From assembly GCA_013265495.1 (NCBI GenBank), contig MU058769.1:458477-522476 (forward strand): 64,000 nt of DNA, read 5' to 3'. Numbering within the stretch: position 1 is the first letter of the stretch; each line of letters starts with the position of its first letter. This document shows positions 12,487-26,060 of the stretch, piece after piece. Made by a program: the position numbers and the translations under genes. This stretch comes from Vicugna vicugna (Eukaryota). The notes under the pieces are model-generated. The model was not told the origin of the DNA. It searched no databases and saw only the letters and a list, made by a program, of their open reading frames with translations.

Positions 12487-12956
12487 AAAAGAAAAAAAAT
12501 CAAGTATACTTTTTGCAGAGCCTCCTAATCATGTACCTTGTTTTCCTTATTAGGAACCTACTTCTGTTGGCAGTCATATTCATATAAACATACACTTTAT
12601 ACTTACAAATCTAATCATTATTCTATATTCCACCTGGTTATTTATAGAATTTCTAAACAATTATGATTTAGCTTATACACAAATCAATTATTTTTTCTGG
12701 CTTTTTAATTGTATTCCCAAGCCTTCTTATTTCTTTGTCTGCATTCTTCTTCCACAGAATTTTTCTCAACTCTTCTAAAAGCTCAATATGACGGTATTCT
12801 GAATCCCTCACAGAATATATAACTACATTGGAGAGAAATGGGGGTGGGGTGGGCATTCTAGATTCTAATAATGAAGAAATTCTGAGAAGCTATTTGGCCT
12901 CCTGGGTACTCTGCTGGTCCTGGTCCCTTTACCCCTTCCATCAAATCGTATTATTA

Positions 12957-13061
<105 letters not shown>

Positions 13062-13918
13062 TTAAAATAAATGAAACTGCCCTGCATGATATCTAACCCC
13101 AAGCAGAAGCCCACAACCTGATGAGGAGAGATGAGAACAGGAAAGAAGACTCAAACTTCAGGAGTTTCAGCTTAAAAATCAGAATGACTTTGATTTGCCA
13201 GTCCCTCAAAATTCCCCATGACAACGACAGGAAGTGGAATCTGGGTCACAGTGTTACACTCATATTACACTGAAAAGCCACCTTGCCATCAGTAAGTATT
13301 TACTGAATGCCCTGACCAAAACAAAGGTTTTTACTCTAGTTAAGGAAAACAAATTCTAGGTAAGAGCAGACAGAGCTGAATTTTCCAGAATCTCAGCAAA
13401 TACACTCAAATGTTGATCATTTATATTTATGTATAAAATTTTAATCCTAAGGTTGCCTTTTTACTCTTAATTATCTTTTTTATGGACCATGTCTTTTTGC
13501 TACCTGCCAAAGAGTTTAAAAACAAAGAGAGCTTAGTAATTACATGCAAATCTACATTATTAAAAAAAAAAACTCCAAGCATCCCCAAACCAAAATATAA
13601 ATGGTAGCTAGAGAATCCGCTACCAGTGATGATCCATCACTGTTTACTCCAGAGCAAAAATAAAATCAAAAGTGACTATGATGTCCCTGTGGGTAGCCCA
13701 ATGTTTATCGAGTAGCTCTCTGTGAGCCCTTAAGGCAGGGCTGGATAAAGCAGCAAAGAAAGTAACCTAGTTAGGTACCTCCCCAAACAGCCATGAAGTC
13801 AGCAGGACACTATAAACTGTTGGGTCAATAAGGCCAGTGGGTACCAGGCTTCAAGATGGAAGGAAAGGGAACTGCAGAGCCAGGCCCCAGGACAGATGAG
13901 AAAGGGGAAAGTCTTCAC

Positions 13919-14045
13919 CTCTAGACAGCATCTTCCTTGGAACCTTTTCTTTGTTTTTATCCTTGTCTTCCTTTTCAGAGACATCCTTTGTGGACTTCTC
14001 TTCCTCTTTGTCAGAGGGGCAGCTGATGTGCAATTGAATTATATC
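13919..14045 (-). CDS. R3HDM2: R3HDM2 coding exon 4 (DIIQLHISC...RKMLSR, 127 nt)
   Basis: tccaag| acceptor, GAG|gtgaag donor, phase 0-1. Confidence 0.95.
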
Positions 14046-14552
14046 CTTGGACATGGGGAAAGAGAAATATAATCAAAGGAGAAAATAGTTAACTCTCCTG
14101 CAGCTTCCTTGAAATCTCAAAGAAGGCAAAAATCTTGGGATGGCAGCATTCTCTTACAGAAGAGAGTATTTTGTTAATTAAACTGTTTTAGCTTTTGTTC
14201 TACCAAAAGGGTTGAGCCCAAGCCTTTTCTGCCAATAATCACAGCCTATGTATAGAGAACTCAAGTTATGCCGGCTGTTCCTGGTGTAAAAATTGCAATG
14301 GAAATGGTTCTAACCACCAGAGGGAAAGGGTGTGGGTGGGAAAACAAGATCCAGCCCTGGAATCTTCTTGTCTGCATCATCCTGGGTGGCCCAGGTGTGA
14401 AGACCTATGCTTCATGCACTCCCCCGTGCCCTGCTTTACTGCATCAGCTTGCTGTGAAGCTCCTTCTACCCGATTTCCAAGCCCAGTGTTGATGCTGTAC
14501 CACAGTTTAGCAAACTGCCAAACTCAAAAAGCTAGTCTTATACAGGACCTAC

Positions 14553-14639
14553 CTGGGCTTCTAGTGGTCCATCAGTAAATGGTGCAGAGGACTCCTCACA
14601 CACTGCAAGGCTGCGCACCAACTTCAGCTTAGAATTAGA
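14553..14639 (-). CDS. R3HDM2: R3HDM2 coding exon 3 (SNSKLKLVRSLAVCEESSAPFTDGPLEAQ, 87 nt)
   Basis: tttttcag| acceptor, CAG|gtaggt donor; family motif KLVRSLAVCEES. Confidence 0.96.
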
Positions 14640-14944
14640 CTGAAAAAAATATGCATACACATTCCCTTGGTGGACATCCAGAAAGCTTTCGGCTGAATGA
14701 AGGGCATCCTCTTTGGCTCTGGTAGTTGCTGCTTCCATTAAATCGGGGTTTTTCCCCACCCCAAATATGGCTTATTCATCAGTTCCTGATTCACTTGAAA
14801 GATAATTCTCCAGCTTACAACAGCAGATATATGAAAACAAAAGGGCTACTTTGGACAGACGACAGGAAAACCAATTTGCTTAGCTCTCCTCTCACTCTAG
14901 CTCAGTGCTCCAGACTTAGAAGTTTATTGAGAACACACAGCAGC

Positions 14945-15185
14945 AGAGCCTAGTAGAAAGACTGGATTTAAGAGCCAGAAATCCTAGCTTCAACTCTGGC
15001 TTTTGTGCTTACGAGCTATGAGACCCTGAGCAAATTACCTGACCTCTCTGGGACTCTTTTTTTCTCAACAAAAATGGGATAAAAATGCTTACAGCGTTTT
15101 GTGAGAATTAGATTTACAAGTATGTAAACATATGTATCATAAATAGTGCCTAGCATACAGTAGACAATAAATGCTAAATGACTAT
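14945..15185 (+). mobile_element. MIR SINE relic
   Basis: gaccctgagcaaattacctgacctctctgggactc...aaaatgggataa core. Confidence 0.75.
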
Positions 15186-16528
15186 AAACCTGAGGTGGCA
15201 AGGGTACAGAAAGAACTGTCTAAGAAAAAAATAAAAATAAAGAAACCTTTCTAACATTTGGGATTTAATGTGAAAATAAACCACTTGGTTTACTTCTATT
15301 GGCTGGAGAATCCCAAAAAGATCTGAAACCCACTTTACAAATCACTGCTCTCCTAGGGAGCTCCAACACCAAAAACTAGAATGATTCATTAAAAATCTAC
15401 CTATAAACATTAACTGAAAGTTCTTAGAATAAAATCACAGTTTACAGTGAATACAAAAGCACAAAATATGACATGAGTGTTCTACGTACTGCAGTCTAGT
15501 GAAAAGAACTTGCCAATCTGAAGAACTGACTTCAAGCCTCGTTCTGCCCCTTACTGAATGTCCTCTGTCAAACTCACTCAAACTCTATAAGCCCAAGTTT
15601 CCTCATCTATAAAATGGAGGTAATAACTGTCCTACTTATTTTGAAAAGTTTGGAGGAAGTGAAGTAGCAAAGAACACCCTCTGTCTTAAACTTTAATGCC
15701 AAGCCCATCACTGTGGATTAGGCTATATACGGCAAGCCACAGAGCCAATTTATCATACACGTCATGGTCTTCTTCAACCCCAAGCTACACACTGGTTGGG
15801 ACAATCCCAAATTCTGCCACTAGTTTTGCTGGGGGAAAGGGGTGGACATCGTTTATTGTTATTTCTGGTGACAATTCTTCCTAATGCAAGGCCAGTTTAA
15901 TATTTTACAGTTCCCCAATTAAAATTAAAAAGATATCACACACTGACACCTGTAACACCCTGATAACACTCCTTAAAATGATCTGTGATGTGCTACTTTT
16001 ATCATATAATGATTAAAAACAACATCTTCCTCTCTGCCCCAACCTAAAAAGTGAACCAAGCCAAAACAAAACAAAGCCTGTACTTTTAGGGCACCCAAAA
16101 ATGTTGAATCACTTCTACTAATGGGGCAGAATTTATCTTAAAGAAAATTTGCATAGCAAAAAAAATGTTAGGGGTAAAAATAAGAGAGCTAGAGGTGAGT
16201 AGAGAAATTGGCATTATAGTGGAATTAGCACCAGTGTGCTCAGGCTTTGCTTATGGAAGGCTCTGGCTGGGTATCCTTTCAGGTATCGGAAGTAATGACT
16301 GAACTAAAGATAATGGAGAAGAATAAAGCCTGACCTTCCAAAAGGAAATCTGTGCATGTGCATTTATGTTTGTGTGTATGTATGCATGGTCACAATTAGG
16401 GTATAAAGTGCAGGCAAAAAACTTTGTCTATACATAATCCAAATAAACTAGATTATCAGGGATAAGTCCATTTGTGTAGTGTACTACTAGTAATACTAGA
16501 AAATAAGCTATAGAGAAAGGGCTCTCAC

Positions 16529-16570
16529 CTTGGCTCTTTTCCTGGCATGACCATGGTTGGATGTCCGCCT
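16529..16570 (-). CDS. R3HDM2: R3HDM2 coding exon 2 (RRTSNHGHARKRAK, 42 nt)
   Basis: ctgacag| acceptor, AAG|gtgaga donor, phase 0-0. Confidence 0.94.
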
Positions 16571-17719
16571 CTGTCAGAAGGGGATTAGACAATATTAAAG
16601 GTGGGAGAAATCAACACTTAAGTTAAAAGCAATACAAGTTTAAAGAGAAAAAGCACGAACTGTAAAACCATTACAACAGCCAAACTACGATAAGATTCTT
16701 TTGTTATGGTTGTCCCCTGTGCTACTACTCTAGCAACTGTAATGTGGAAGGGACCACAGACCATCTACAGACAAATCATCACTCACCATGAAAATAAAGA
16801 ATAGGAAGATACTGACTGGTTGGCTTATTTCACAGATTAATAAAAATTACTTTTGGATAAGCCACAGATCCTCTCCTGATTAGGATGCTTCTGGAAATAA
16901 CACTACTATAGCATGACAGAGTGATTTTTTCCTCCAGGCTTGCTCAAAGGAGCTCCTTTAGCTCATAATGGATATGAAATATGGCCTCTGACCATCGCTT
17001 AAAATAACGTCTTTATAGAGCAATGCATTCAGAGTACTAACTTAAGATACTCAGAAGACCTGACCCCATGGCTGCAAAATGGAATGAAGGCTCTTCTTGC
17101 CAACTGCCTACCTCCTGAATATGAGAATTCTTCCAATTCTAAGCTTCTGGTGGTGGCTTTTACAGCCTGTCTGGGTCAGGGATATAAGACAGGACAGGAT
17201 AAAAAGAAGGGAGCATGAAGGATATGGACAAGACCTCCAGAGCAAAGGGAAGGACAGTGGGTAAGGAGTAGGGTAGAAGCTGAGGAAGATGAATGAGAGG
17301 CTGAGGTGGGACGAGGGGAAGAATGACTGATTAATGGTAAGATTTCTGAATAGCTGAGAAGTCAAAATGGGGGCTTTGGGGAAGAGGCTGGGTAGGGCAA
17401 CGGGTGGCACTTAGGGCTTCTAAGATGTCTGCAATAGAACTCACTGCCACTGGGGTGTGGAGAAAACTGAGGCTGGTGGGTGGAGGAAAGGAAACAAGAC
17501 AGAGGCAGAGAACCAGCATGGTCCTGGGTAGGTGGGATTTCTCTTTCCTTTGCTCTCTTCATTGATTACCAAACAACACTGCCACCATACAAAACTGAGA
17601 ACTGCAAAGATGGATGAAAGAGTAAGAAATGGTGGATCTGGTCAGTGGTAAGATCAGTTACAGTAAGGGAAGAGTCATAGTTCAGGAATATGAAGCAGCA
17701 TTTGTCACCATTTTTTCAA

Positions 17720-18290
17720 ATAAGTAGTAACACACAAAAGACACAAACATTCAAGAGTTACAAGGATAGTATATAGAGTAGTAAGTGTCCTTTCACAACT
17801 GCTCCCCAGCTACCTGGATCTCTCCTAAGGATCAACTAGTATTGGATTTCTCGTAATCTTTCCAGAGATCTTTTAAGCATCTATAAGCTTATAGTAAATG
17901 TGAACACACATTTTTTTAAAAAAAACCAAATAGAAGTATATTGCAAACATTGCTCTGAAGTTTGCTTTTAAAGTTTTTTCCCACAAATATCATTCTTCAG
18001 AAGAGATACTGTTTTTCTTAACAGCTGCATAATATTGCATCGTGTGGCCACACCATAACTTATTTTACCAGTCCCTTACACTGTACCATTTAGGGTGTTT
18101 CTGATCTTTTGTTAGTATAAACAATGCTTCAGTCACATTGAATATATCATTATATATTGAATATATCTATAAATATGGTATATCTGGAGTCCAATTTAAA
18201 ATTTTATAAAATATTGCCAAATTACACTTCAAAAAGTTATACCAATTTATAACCCTACAAGCAACGTATGTCTGCTTATTTCCCAGAATG
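17720..18290 (-). mobile_element. Old L1M 3' fragment
   Basis: Antisense L1ME-like text (tttagggtgtttctgatctttt...gccaaattacacttcaaaaagttataccaattt). Confidence 0.7.
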
Positions 18291-18294
18291 CAGT

Positions 18295-19110
18295 TTTCAT
18301 TTAATAGTCAAACACATATTGAAAGCCTAATATGTATTAGGCACCATGCTAACTACTGGAGGACACAGAGATAAAAGACACAAACCTTGTCAAAAAGGAA
18401 CTCATAATCCTGTTGGAGAAGCCAGACAAATAGACAATTACAACACAGTACATTTAGTGCACTACAGAGGTACTCATGGAATGCTACAGGAACTCAAGTG
18501 TCTAACTCAGACCTAGAAGTTCACAAACTTATGTGATCACAAATACTGGGTGCCTACAAGACCAAAGAGATACAGTGGTGAGCCTGAACTGACCTAATCC
18601 TGAGCTTATCATTCTGTGAAGGAGACAGACATTAATCAAAGAGTTACACAATATAGACTGCAATGTAAGGTTGTCAAGGAAGGCTCCCTGGAGAAAGACA
18701 CATCTGGATTGAGTTTTGAAGGATAAATAGGTACTAGACAAACGTTGGCAGGGGGGCTTTGGGGGCTGGAGGAGGTCAGGGAAAGAATACCAAGGAGGGC
18801 ATTCTAGGCAGAGAAAGTACGAACAAAAGCATGCTTTCCCCAAACATTTTATAACAGGGACCTATTTATAACAGGGACCAGGGAATCAGTTAATGCTGAA
18901 GCACAGGATGCCAGAGGTAGATGGATGGCAGGCAAGGGACTAGGTTATAATATGCCATGCTGACAAATGTGGGTTCTTAGCCTAAGGCAATGAGACACAC
19001 AAAAAGTTTGAAGAGAATTAACACAGTCAGATCTTTATTTCATAACCATCTTTCTAAAGCAGTATGGTAGGTGAATCAGAAGGGATTACAAGTATAAAGG
19101 CAGAAAGGCT
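18295..19110 (-). mobile_element. L2 LINE 3' fragment
   Basis: Reverse L2 tail caaacacatattgaaagcctaatatgtattaggcacc followed by L2-like body. Confidence 0.75.
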
Positions 19111-19512
19111 AGCCAGGAGGCCATACCCCAGCTGGTTATTTAAAGGACACATCTAAGTTCAGTATGTGTTGTCAGGGTTTGCCCACTCTGAACTAAATCT
19201 CAGAACCTGTCTTTTACAGCACTGTTTCCATGCAAAAGATGGTCTGAGTTACAACTGCTGATTCTAAGAATATATCTCACACAGTATAGTAATCGAATTC
19301 CCTTTTCCTCAACCTTTCTAGCTCTAGTTCCTAACAGGCACTCCCTTGACAGCGTCAGAAAGATTCTTGGGGAGACTTCCAAGGTGTGAGTTGGGGAAGG
19401 CAGGAGAAAGAGCAGAACTTTTAGTGCTATTGAAGGCGCACATTTGTAGAAGGGAGAGAGCTTCTGAACGGTGGCCAAAAAGAATGGAGATGTTGAAGAA
19501 GCAGCAGGAGCT

Positions 19513-19527
19513 CCAGTAGATGGCAGC
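19513..19527 (+). promoter_or_regulatory. CTCF core motif
   Basis: CCAGTAGATGGCAGC matches CCASYAGRKGGCRS. Confidence 0.55.
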
Positions 19528-21035
19528 AGCAGCTCCACCTGCTCTGGCAGCAGCAAAAGGAGTCAGAGGGGAGGCTGGCTCCCCTCCCAGTCTCCCACAC
19601 AACCTTTTTGTATATCCAGGTGAAGATATTCTTAAACCAAGTGAGTATCCATAAGGCATATAAAACCTATAGTCATCCTTTCTTTTCTGCCTATCTTCAA
19701 GAAGTATATGCAACAGGAGTTCAGAACACCACTTAAAATAGTCTCCTGAGAATAGAGTAACTTGGATCCCAAAGTTCATTTAATTATCATCTTCCATATA
19801 ACATGACAGCACATAATTAAACATTCAACACGTATCTGTCCTGAGGATTTAAAATGCATTGCTGGGTATAGTGGAGGCCAGAAGTATAGCTGGAACAGTG
19901 GCAGACTGTCTCCACAAACTCTGGAAGGATGGGTGGGGGGGTATGTGGAATGACAACTCACATGCAAAAGATAACAAAGAAAAGCAGCCAGGACAGAGAT
20001 CTGGCTGACGGTAAGAGGGAAATAGCAGAAAAGTAGGCAGCTAGAGAACAAAATATTCCAGGGAGTTGTCTGATTTTACTTTATCCCTTTATGTTATAGC
20101 TGCTGTCTTAATCGTTAAGGACGACAAGGCCTAGGTGAATTGAATTGTCAAAAAGAATCATGCCTCAAGTTTCCAGACCCTCCAAAATGTTACTGCTATT
20201 ACTCTTTAAACTAACTTAACTACAATTAGCAGTCTATCTCCTAGGTGTATTATAATAAAGATCAGTCTCACCCCTGGGCAGGAAGAAAAGGATTCATATA
20301 ATTTGGGCTTGGGAAACAGCAAACTAGTAGTGACCACAGGGAAGAGAACTGGAACAGGTAGGCGAGAGGAGGCTCAGATCCAGGCTGGCTGGGCATCAGA
20401 GAAGAGCCCTGCAAGAAGCTGGGCTGGCCCTCTGCTGCCATCCTACCTGCACTGCAGTACGAATTTGGATGGAAAACAACATGGCAACCAACGAGTAAAA
20501 TTCTTCTTACTTACATTTACCAAGTGGCAAGTTCAGAGACTATTTCTGACCCAGAAAATGCTGACTGCTTTAACACAACCAGGATAAGAATTTAACACTG
20601 TGTATAAAGCAAGGCAAATCTAGTTTTAAGAGTTTATTGTGTAAGCCATATACAATCAAGATTAAGACAACAACTACATAAAAAGATGAATTAAAATCAG
20701 ACAATGCTCTGAAATATTTTGTTCTCTAGCTGCCACTGTTCGAATATGTCTTTGTATACAGTTTATTTTTTGATAGTTAAAAAAATATCAAAATATAGCA
20801 AGAACCAGTGTAACTCAGATCCAAACGGATTAGGGAGTTCATTCTGTTTTCTTTAGACATCATGTGGACTCTGACAGAAAGGGAAGGAGATATTTCCTGA
20901 GAGCTGAAGTTGGGTTTTTAGGGAGAATCACACATTTGTGTACGTGACTGACTTCCCAGAGATGCCCAATGCCCCTGTAGTGACAGTTCTACTCAGGCAG
21001 AAAGAGTGTGCGTATGATGCACTTTTAATCCTTAC

Positions 21036-21200
21036 CTGTGTCTCCTGACGCAAACTGGTATCTTCACTCTCTTTCTCAGTTTCTTCCTTGCTTGGAGCCT
21101 TAGATATAAACTTGTTTTTGTTTACAGATTCTTCCACCAGTTTTTTTTCTGATTCTTTCATTATTTCCAGCGTCTCTTGAGTAGTGTTACTGCTAGACAT
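21036..21200 (-). CDS. R3HDM2: R3HDM2 first coding exon (MSSSNTTQ...LRQETQ, 165 nt coding; 5' UTR part 21201-21234)
   Basis: ATG at 21200; acceptor tttcttcag| before 21234; donor CAG|gtaagg; 55 codons matching the R3HDM2 N-terminus. Confidence 0.96.
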
Positions 21201-21384
21201 CTTCTTCATAGAACGCAGCAGCCTCTATGGACTCCTGAAGAAACATCAGATGCATTACAGAAGGAGTGCGTCCAAACTCACCCGTCTGCAGGACTTGCCC
21301 CTCACAGCGACATCTGCAACAGCTTCCCTGGAGCTCAGTAGAGGCATCTTTTGACAAATGCTGCCCCTAGATTAATTTCACTAA

Positions 21385-21690
21385 TTTTTTTTCACAAAAA
21401 GCTTTACTGAGGTAAAATAGATATAAACTGCATACATTTAAAATGTACAGTTAAATGAATTATGAAGCATGCATACACCTGGGAAACATCACCACAATCA
21501 AGACAGCACATTCATGACCTCCAAAAGTTTCCTCCTGCGCCTTGGTAAGCCCTTCCGCCTCCTCTCTACCAGCCCTAGCCAACCATTGATCTGTTGTCAC
21601 TACAGATTAGTCTGTATTTTCTAGAATTTTACATCATACATTATCAGTTTACTCAGCATAATTATGTTGAGATTCACCATGATTCAGTTC
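21385..21690 (-). mobile_element. Old L1M 3' fragment just upstream of the ATG exon
   Basis: gctttactgaggtaaaatagatataaactgcatacatttaaaatgtacag... typical antisense L1MB/MD end. Confidence 0.75.
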
Positions 21691-23229
21691 TAAAGCAATG
21701 TAGTATGAGTCCCCTTGTCGCTTTATTTGCCCTCCCTTGTTCCCTACAGAAGTTCGCTCACATTTTCAGCTTGAGCACTCCACAGAGTTAACTCAGGAGA
21801 CTCTCTTCAGAAAGAAGGAAAACATAAAGCTCTATTCAATACCAGAGAGGATCACTCTCCTTTCCCAAGGGAGAACTTTCAGAGCTACTACAAACCACAA
21901 CATTGTTACCAGCTTCAAGTGTCTCCCCCATCAAAAAGCAGCAAAATCAGATAACGGTTACAGAATCTTAAATTCTTTCCTTTATCTTAAAGCAAGCTGA
22001 AAAGGCAAGAAGAGAACTTTGTCATCTGTCCTTCGAAAGACTGGGTTTCTCCCTGGGGGAAGAGAGAATTTCTCCTTTGCTACTCATTGTCTGGGTTCAG
22101 TCGCTCTAGTGCTTCCCAAAGACGCAGAGATTTGTGGTGTCAGGGTGACTAGCTCTTTATCATTTGCTATTGCTACCTGGGAAATGCTGTAACGAAGTCA
22201 ACACACTAATTCAAGCACACACTCAGAAACAGAAATTAACGCTCCTTACAGAAGTTCATGTCCTCAACCACTGTTGAAGTCAAACATGCTTAGCTTCAAC
22301 AATGGCTTGTAGAGGTTTCTCCTCACGTGGATTATAAACTGTACTTGAATTGTGAATATTTCTTTCCTTTCTTTAAAAAGATAAGACTGGAAACCCTCCC
22401 AGATGTCATGTCTATTCCATGTGACCCTAGAAACCAAGATAAACAATGCTTCAAGAAAACTGTCATACCAGATATTTTTTTCCTCCTTCAAATCAGTTTA
22501 GAGGATAAGACCCAAAATGCTCTTGAGAAGCATGGGTAACCTCATACTGGCATACACTTACCTCGCATAGGACTAGATAAATTCCCTTCAAAAGGCCAGA
22601 GAGTCATTCATACAATCATAGTCATACAGCTGAATTTAAAGATGAGAATTACTGGAAGAAACTGACTACAAAAGAAAATGGCTGGTTTTTAAAAATTAAT
22701 TGATTCAGTACCTAGAGGCTTCTATAAAGAGCTATAACCTACAGAGCTCTACGGGCCATTAGCTGTACATGGGAACTACATACACACATATATTGGTTTT
22801 TCTTCACTACGGGTAGATCAAGCCTTCGTTCTCTTCAGCTTGAAGGACAGTGAAACTCAGTACGTGCCTTTTCTATACATCTTGGCTGTGAAACGTCAAT
22901 AAAGATCTGAAATGGAAGAGTTCTTAGACACAACCTCATGGAATCTCCTCTATCCCCCTCAAAGAAGAACTCCTTTCTGTAAGTTCTGAGAGGGGCCTGC
23001 ATGCCTCTCCTGGAGAACTCCTGGGGCAGGATCATCTCACTATCCCTTTAATAGTCTTACCTGTTATATAGTTGCTTCCTATAATAAGCTATGAGCTGTT
23101 TCAGTCTTGATCCTTACTCTGCCTTAGAGTCACACAAAATTAAATTTACTTCTTTTACCATATGATAGACCTTCTATATTTTTCTTTTTCAGGCTTAAAT
23201 AGCCTTAGATCACTCTGTCAAAGAGAGAA

Positions 23230-23550
23230 AGTGAAGGGAGGAGAGTAAAGGTATTGGATAAAGGTGGTCAAAAGCTACAAACTTCCAGTTATAAGGTAAG
23301 TAAGTTCTGGAGATGAAATACATTATGTGATGACTATAGTTAACAACGCTGTATGTATGGTGTATTTGAAAGTTGCTAAGAGAGTAAATCCAGAAGTTCT
23401 CATCACAAGAAAAAAAATTTTTTGTAACTATATGAGGAAATGGATGTTAACTAAACTTATTGCAGTAACCATTTCACAATATATGTATGTCAAATCATTA
23501 AGCAGAACTTATACAGAGCTATATTCAATTATATCTCAATAAAAAAAGAG
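23230..23550 (+). mobile_element. L1MA9-like 3' end
   Basis: ggtggtcaaaagctacaaacttccagttataag...tatctcaataaaaaaa. Confidence 0.85.
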
Positions 23551-24039
23551 AGATGATATAGAAAAATATAAAGCAGCTGGTTGTTGCTTTTTCCAGGATG
23601 GGCCTCAATTACCAAATAGATAATTTGTCAAATCAGAATGACAACTTTGCAGCCCCTCTTCATATGTAAGTCAGAAGAGGCTCAACTATCTGGACACCTA
23701 GACTAACTTCATGGTACCCAAGCACTGTTACTCAGCCAAAGCACTAATAAAAAAAACAACTAAACAAAACATGATCTTTTGTAACAGCCACCTGTGGAAT
23801 GTGGTCACATATTCCAACTTAAGTTGTAGGGAGCCACATGGTTTCCTTCATTCACTGGGAAACAGGAAAACGTGAGCCTTAGGTTCTTTAAGGCATCCAT
23901 AAAACAAACAGTGACTAATGCCCTCACTTTTAAGAATTTTGACAGTCATTTCCACTGAGACTACTGGCCTCTTAAAGGGCTGTATAAAACAAAGCAGTTC
24001 TTCCTCTGAGGAAAAAGGAAGCAGCAGTCAAGGGAAAAG

Positions 24040-24590
24040 CACAGCAGTGCACCTCACCAGCTGCCCATCCAGAGCTCCCCTTGCTCCCACATTCAGTCTT
24101 GTCCAGATTTTCTTTTGGTGTGGCTGAGGACACGTGATAAGAGAAGGAAGGTAATCCTATCCCCGAGCCCTAGGAGGTGGATCTTAATTAACTAGACTAA
24201 TCGTGGTAATTCTGTTTCCTTTTTGTGACTGGGTTAGGAAGGGGCAAGAGACTCGATCATCACCAGTAAGACACAAGAGACCTTGCTGGGTGGGTGGCTT
24301 TAAAGAGAAGCTTCCCATTGCGTTTAGGGAAAAAAAAAAATGGCCACTAGAAAAATGGTTATCTGCTGAAGGCAGTCTTTTGTGCAGATGAAGCCTGGAC
24401 TGCAACAACCTGCCAACAGATGGAAAGTGGTGGAGCAGAGAGATTAAGCCAGTAATGACAGGTCAGAGTATTACTATTCTAGAGTCAAGATCTATCAGGA
24501 GATATATGGAGCTCAAAACTGTATTTCTTGAGCTAAGGCTCTCTTTTGTTCTCTAAAATGACCTTTAACTACAGTCATTTCCAGCCCTGC
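24040..24590. mobile_element. Ancient ERVL-type LTR relic (LTR33/LTR16-like)
   Basis: Degenerate LTR-like text (gtgactgggttaggaaggggcaagagactc...). Confidence 0.45.
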
Positions 24591-25484
24591 AATCTAATGC
24601 AGAAGCCTCTCCTTATTCTCGGGGCATAATAATTCCTGGAAACTATTTTTTCTGGGCCCAAACAAAGACAAAAGTTGTAGCCAACGGACAAGACAATTTA
24701 TTAGGAGGGAAAAAATAGTTTAAGGAACAAGAATAAAGCCAGCAGATGAGGGTTAAAAGGCAGAGAAGTAATTTCCACTCTGGATGGTTTACTTAGTACA
24801 ATATAGAGAGGAAATTAAGGATTCAGGAATTCTTTGGTGGGAGAAGAAAAAACAAACTATTTCATACGTAACTTGACTAGAACAAAGCAAGACAAGAAGC
24901 TCCCGGGAGAGCCTAGATGTGTGCTTCCCTCCAACCTACCTGTGCACATTGTACCTTTCATCTGGGCAAAAAGCACAATTTTAAGGCAGAGTGTCTCCTG
25001 AGGATAATCAGTGCCTTAAAGCTGCGCAGAGGGGACTGTGAGAGCAGAGGGCAAAGAGAGGGAGTGAGGAAATAGGATGATACAGGGGAGGATGACTGGG
25101 AGCCAAGATCTGGCAATTTTTTCAGGGAGAATACTGCATATTCCCTATACATTTTTTGACTGCCAAGGTAAGTACCTTCCAGCGCACAGTGAGACTATAT
25201 ATCCTTCCATCAACGCTATAAACAACTTTCTAGGCATTGTACCAAAAAGAATATATTATGCAGGGGACACCCAGAGACAGTAGGGTAGTTTCATTTTCTC
25301 TCTTTTCATCCATGGCCAAGTAGAGAGAACACAAGCAAGAAGACAATAGCTAGAGGCTAAAAATTCTGACTTACCCTGTGGTGAAATCCCTGTAAACTTT
25401 CCAGTCCTTTTCTAATTTATATGTCAAGAGTAAATTACTCCTAAATTGATACTCATATTAAGAAAATATTTAAAATCTAGGGCC

Positions 25485-26060
25485 TCAGGAGAATGGATAA
25501 ACTGTGGTATATTCGTATAATAGAATACTAGTCAACAATTAAAGACTGAACTTTTGGTGTCTGCTTTCCCCTGAGGACACAAGATCAAGTAAGAGGATCT
25601 ATTCTTGAGCCCTAGGAGGTGACTCTTTATTAGTTAGGCCAACACTGGTAATTCTGTTTCCTTTCTGTGATTTGTTTGAGAAGAAACTAGTGATTCAGTT
25701 ATCACCAGTGAGACATGATGGGACCATGCTGGATATATGCTGACGTACACAAAAACATGGATGGATCTCAAAACTGTATGGTAAGTAGAAGAAAGTGATC
25801 TCCTTCCCAAAAATCATGTACTATATTAAGTCCATTTATATGAAATTCAAAAACGGGCAAAACTAACCTACAGTGGTTTAAATTAGAAAGTGGTTGCTTA
25901 AGGTTTGGGGGTAAAAGATTGAAAAGAGACAAAAGGGATCCTTTAGGAGTGATGGAAATATTCTATTTTGTTTGGGGTAGCGGTTACATGGGTGTATACA
26001 ACTGTCAAAACTTATTAACTGATTAAGATTTGTGCATTTTATTGTATGTTACTTAAACAC
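25485..26060 (+). mobile_element. Old L1M 3' end interrupted by a ~190-bp non-L1 insert
   Basis: gaatggataaactgtggtatattc...acatggatggatctcaaaa...tgtgcattttattgtatg. Confidence 0.8.

Noticed and set aside
13624..13642. 8-bp stem hairpin cagtgatg-atc-catcactg
   Set aside because: Expected by chance in a window this size.
18848..18879. 15-bp near-tandem duplication tttataacagggacc
   Set aside because: Ordinary slippage duplication within an L2 relic.
19200..19779. Overlapping 118-aa and 151-aa minus ORFs with an Ala-rich patch
   Set aside because: Driven by a short GCA-rich tract; no convincing splice sites or homology.
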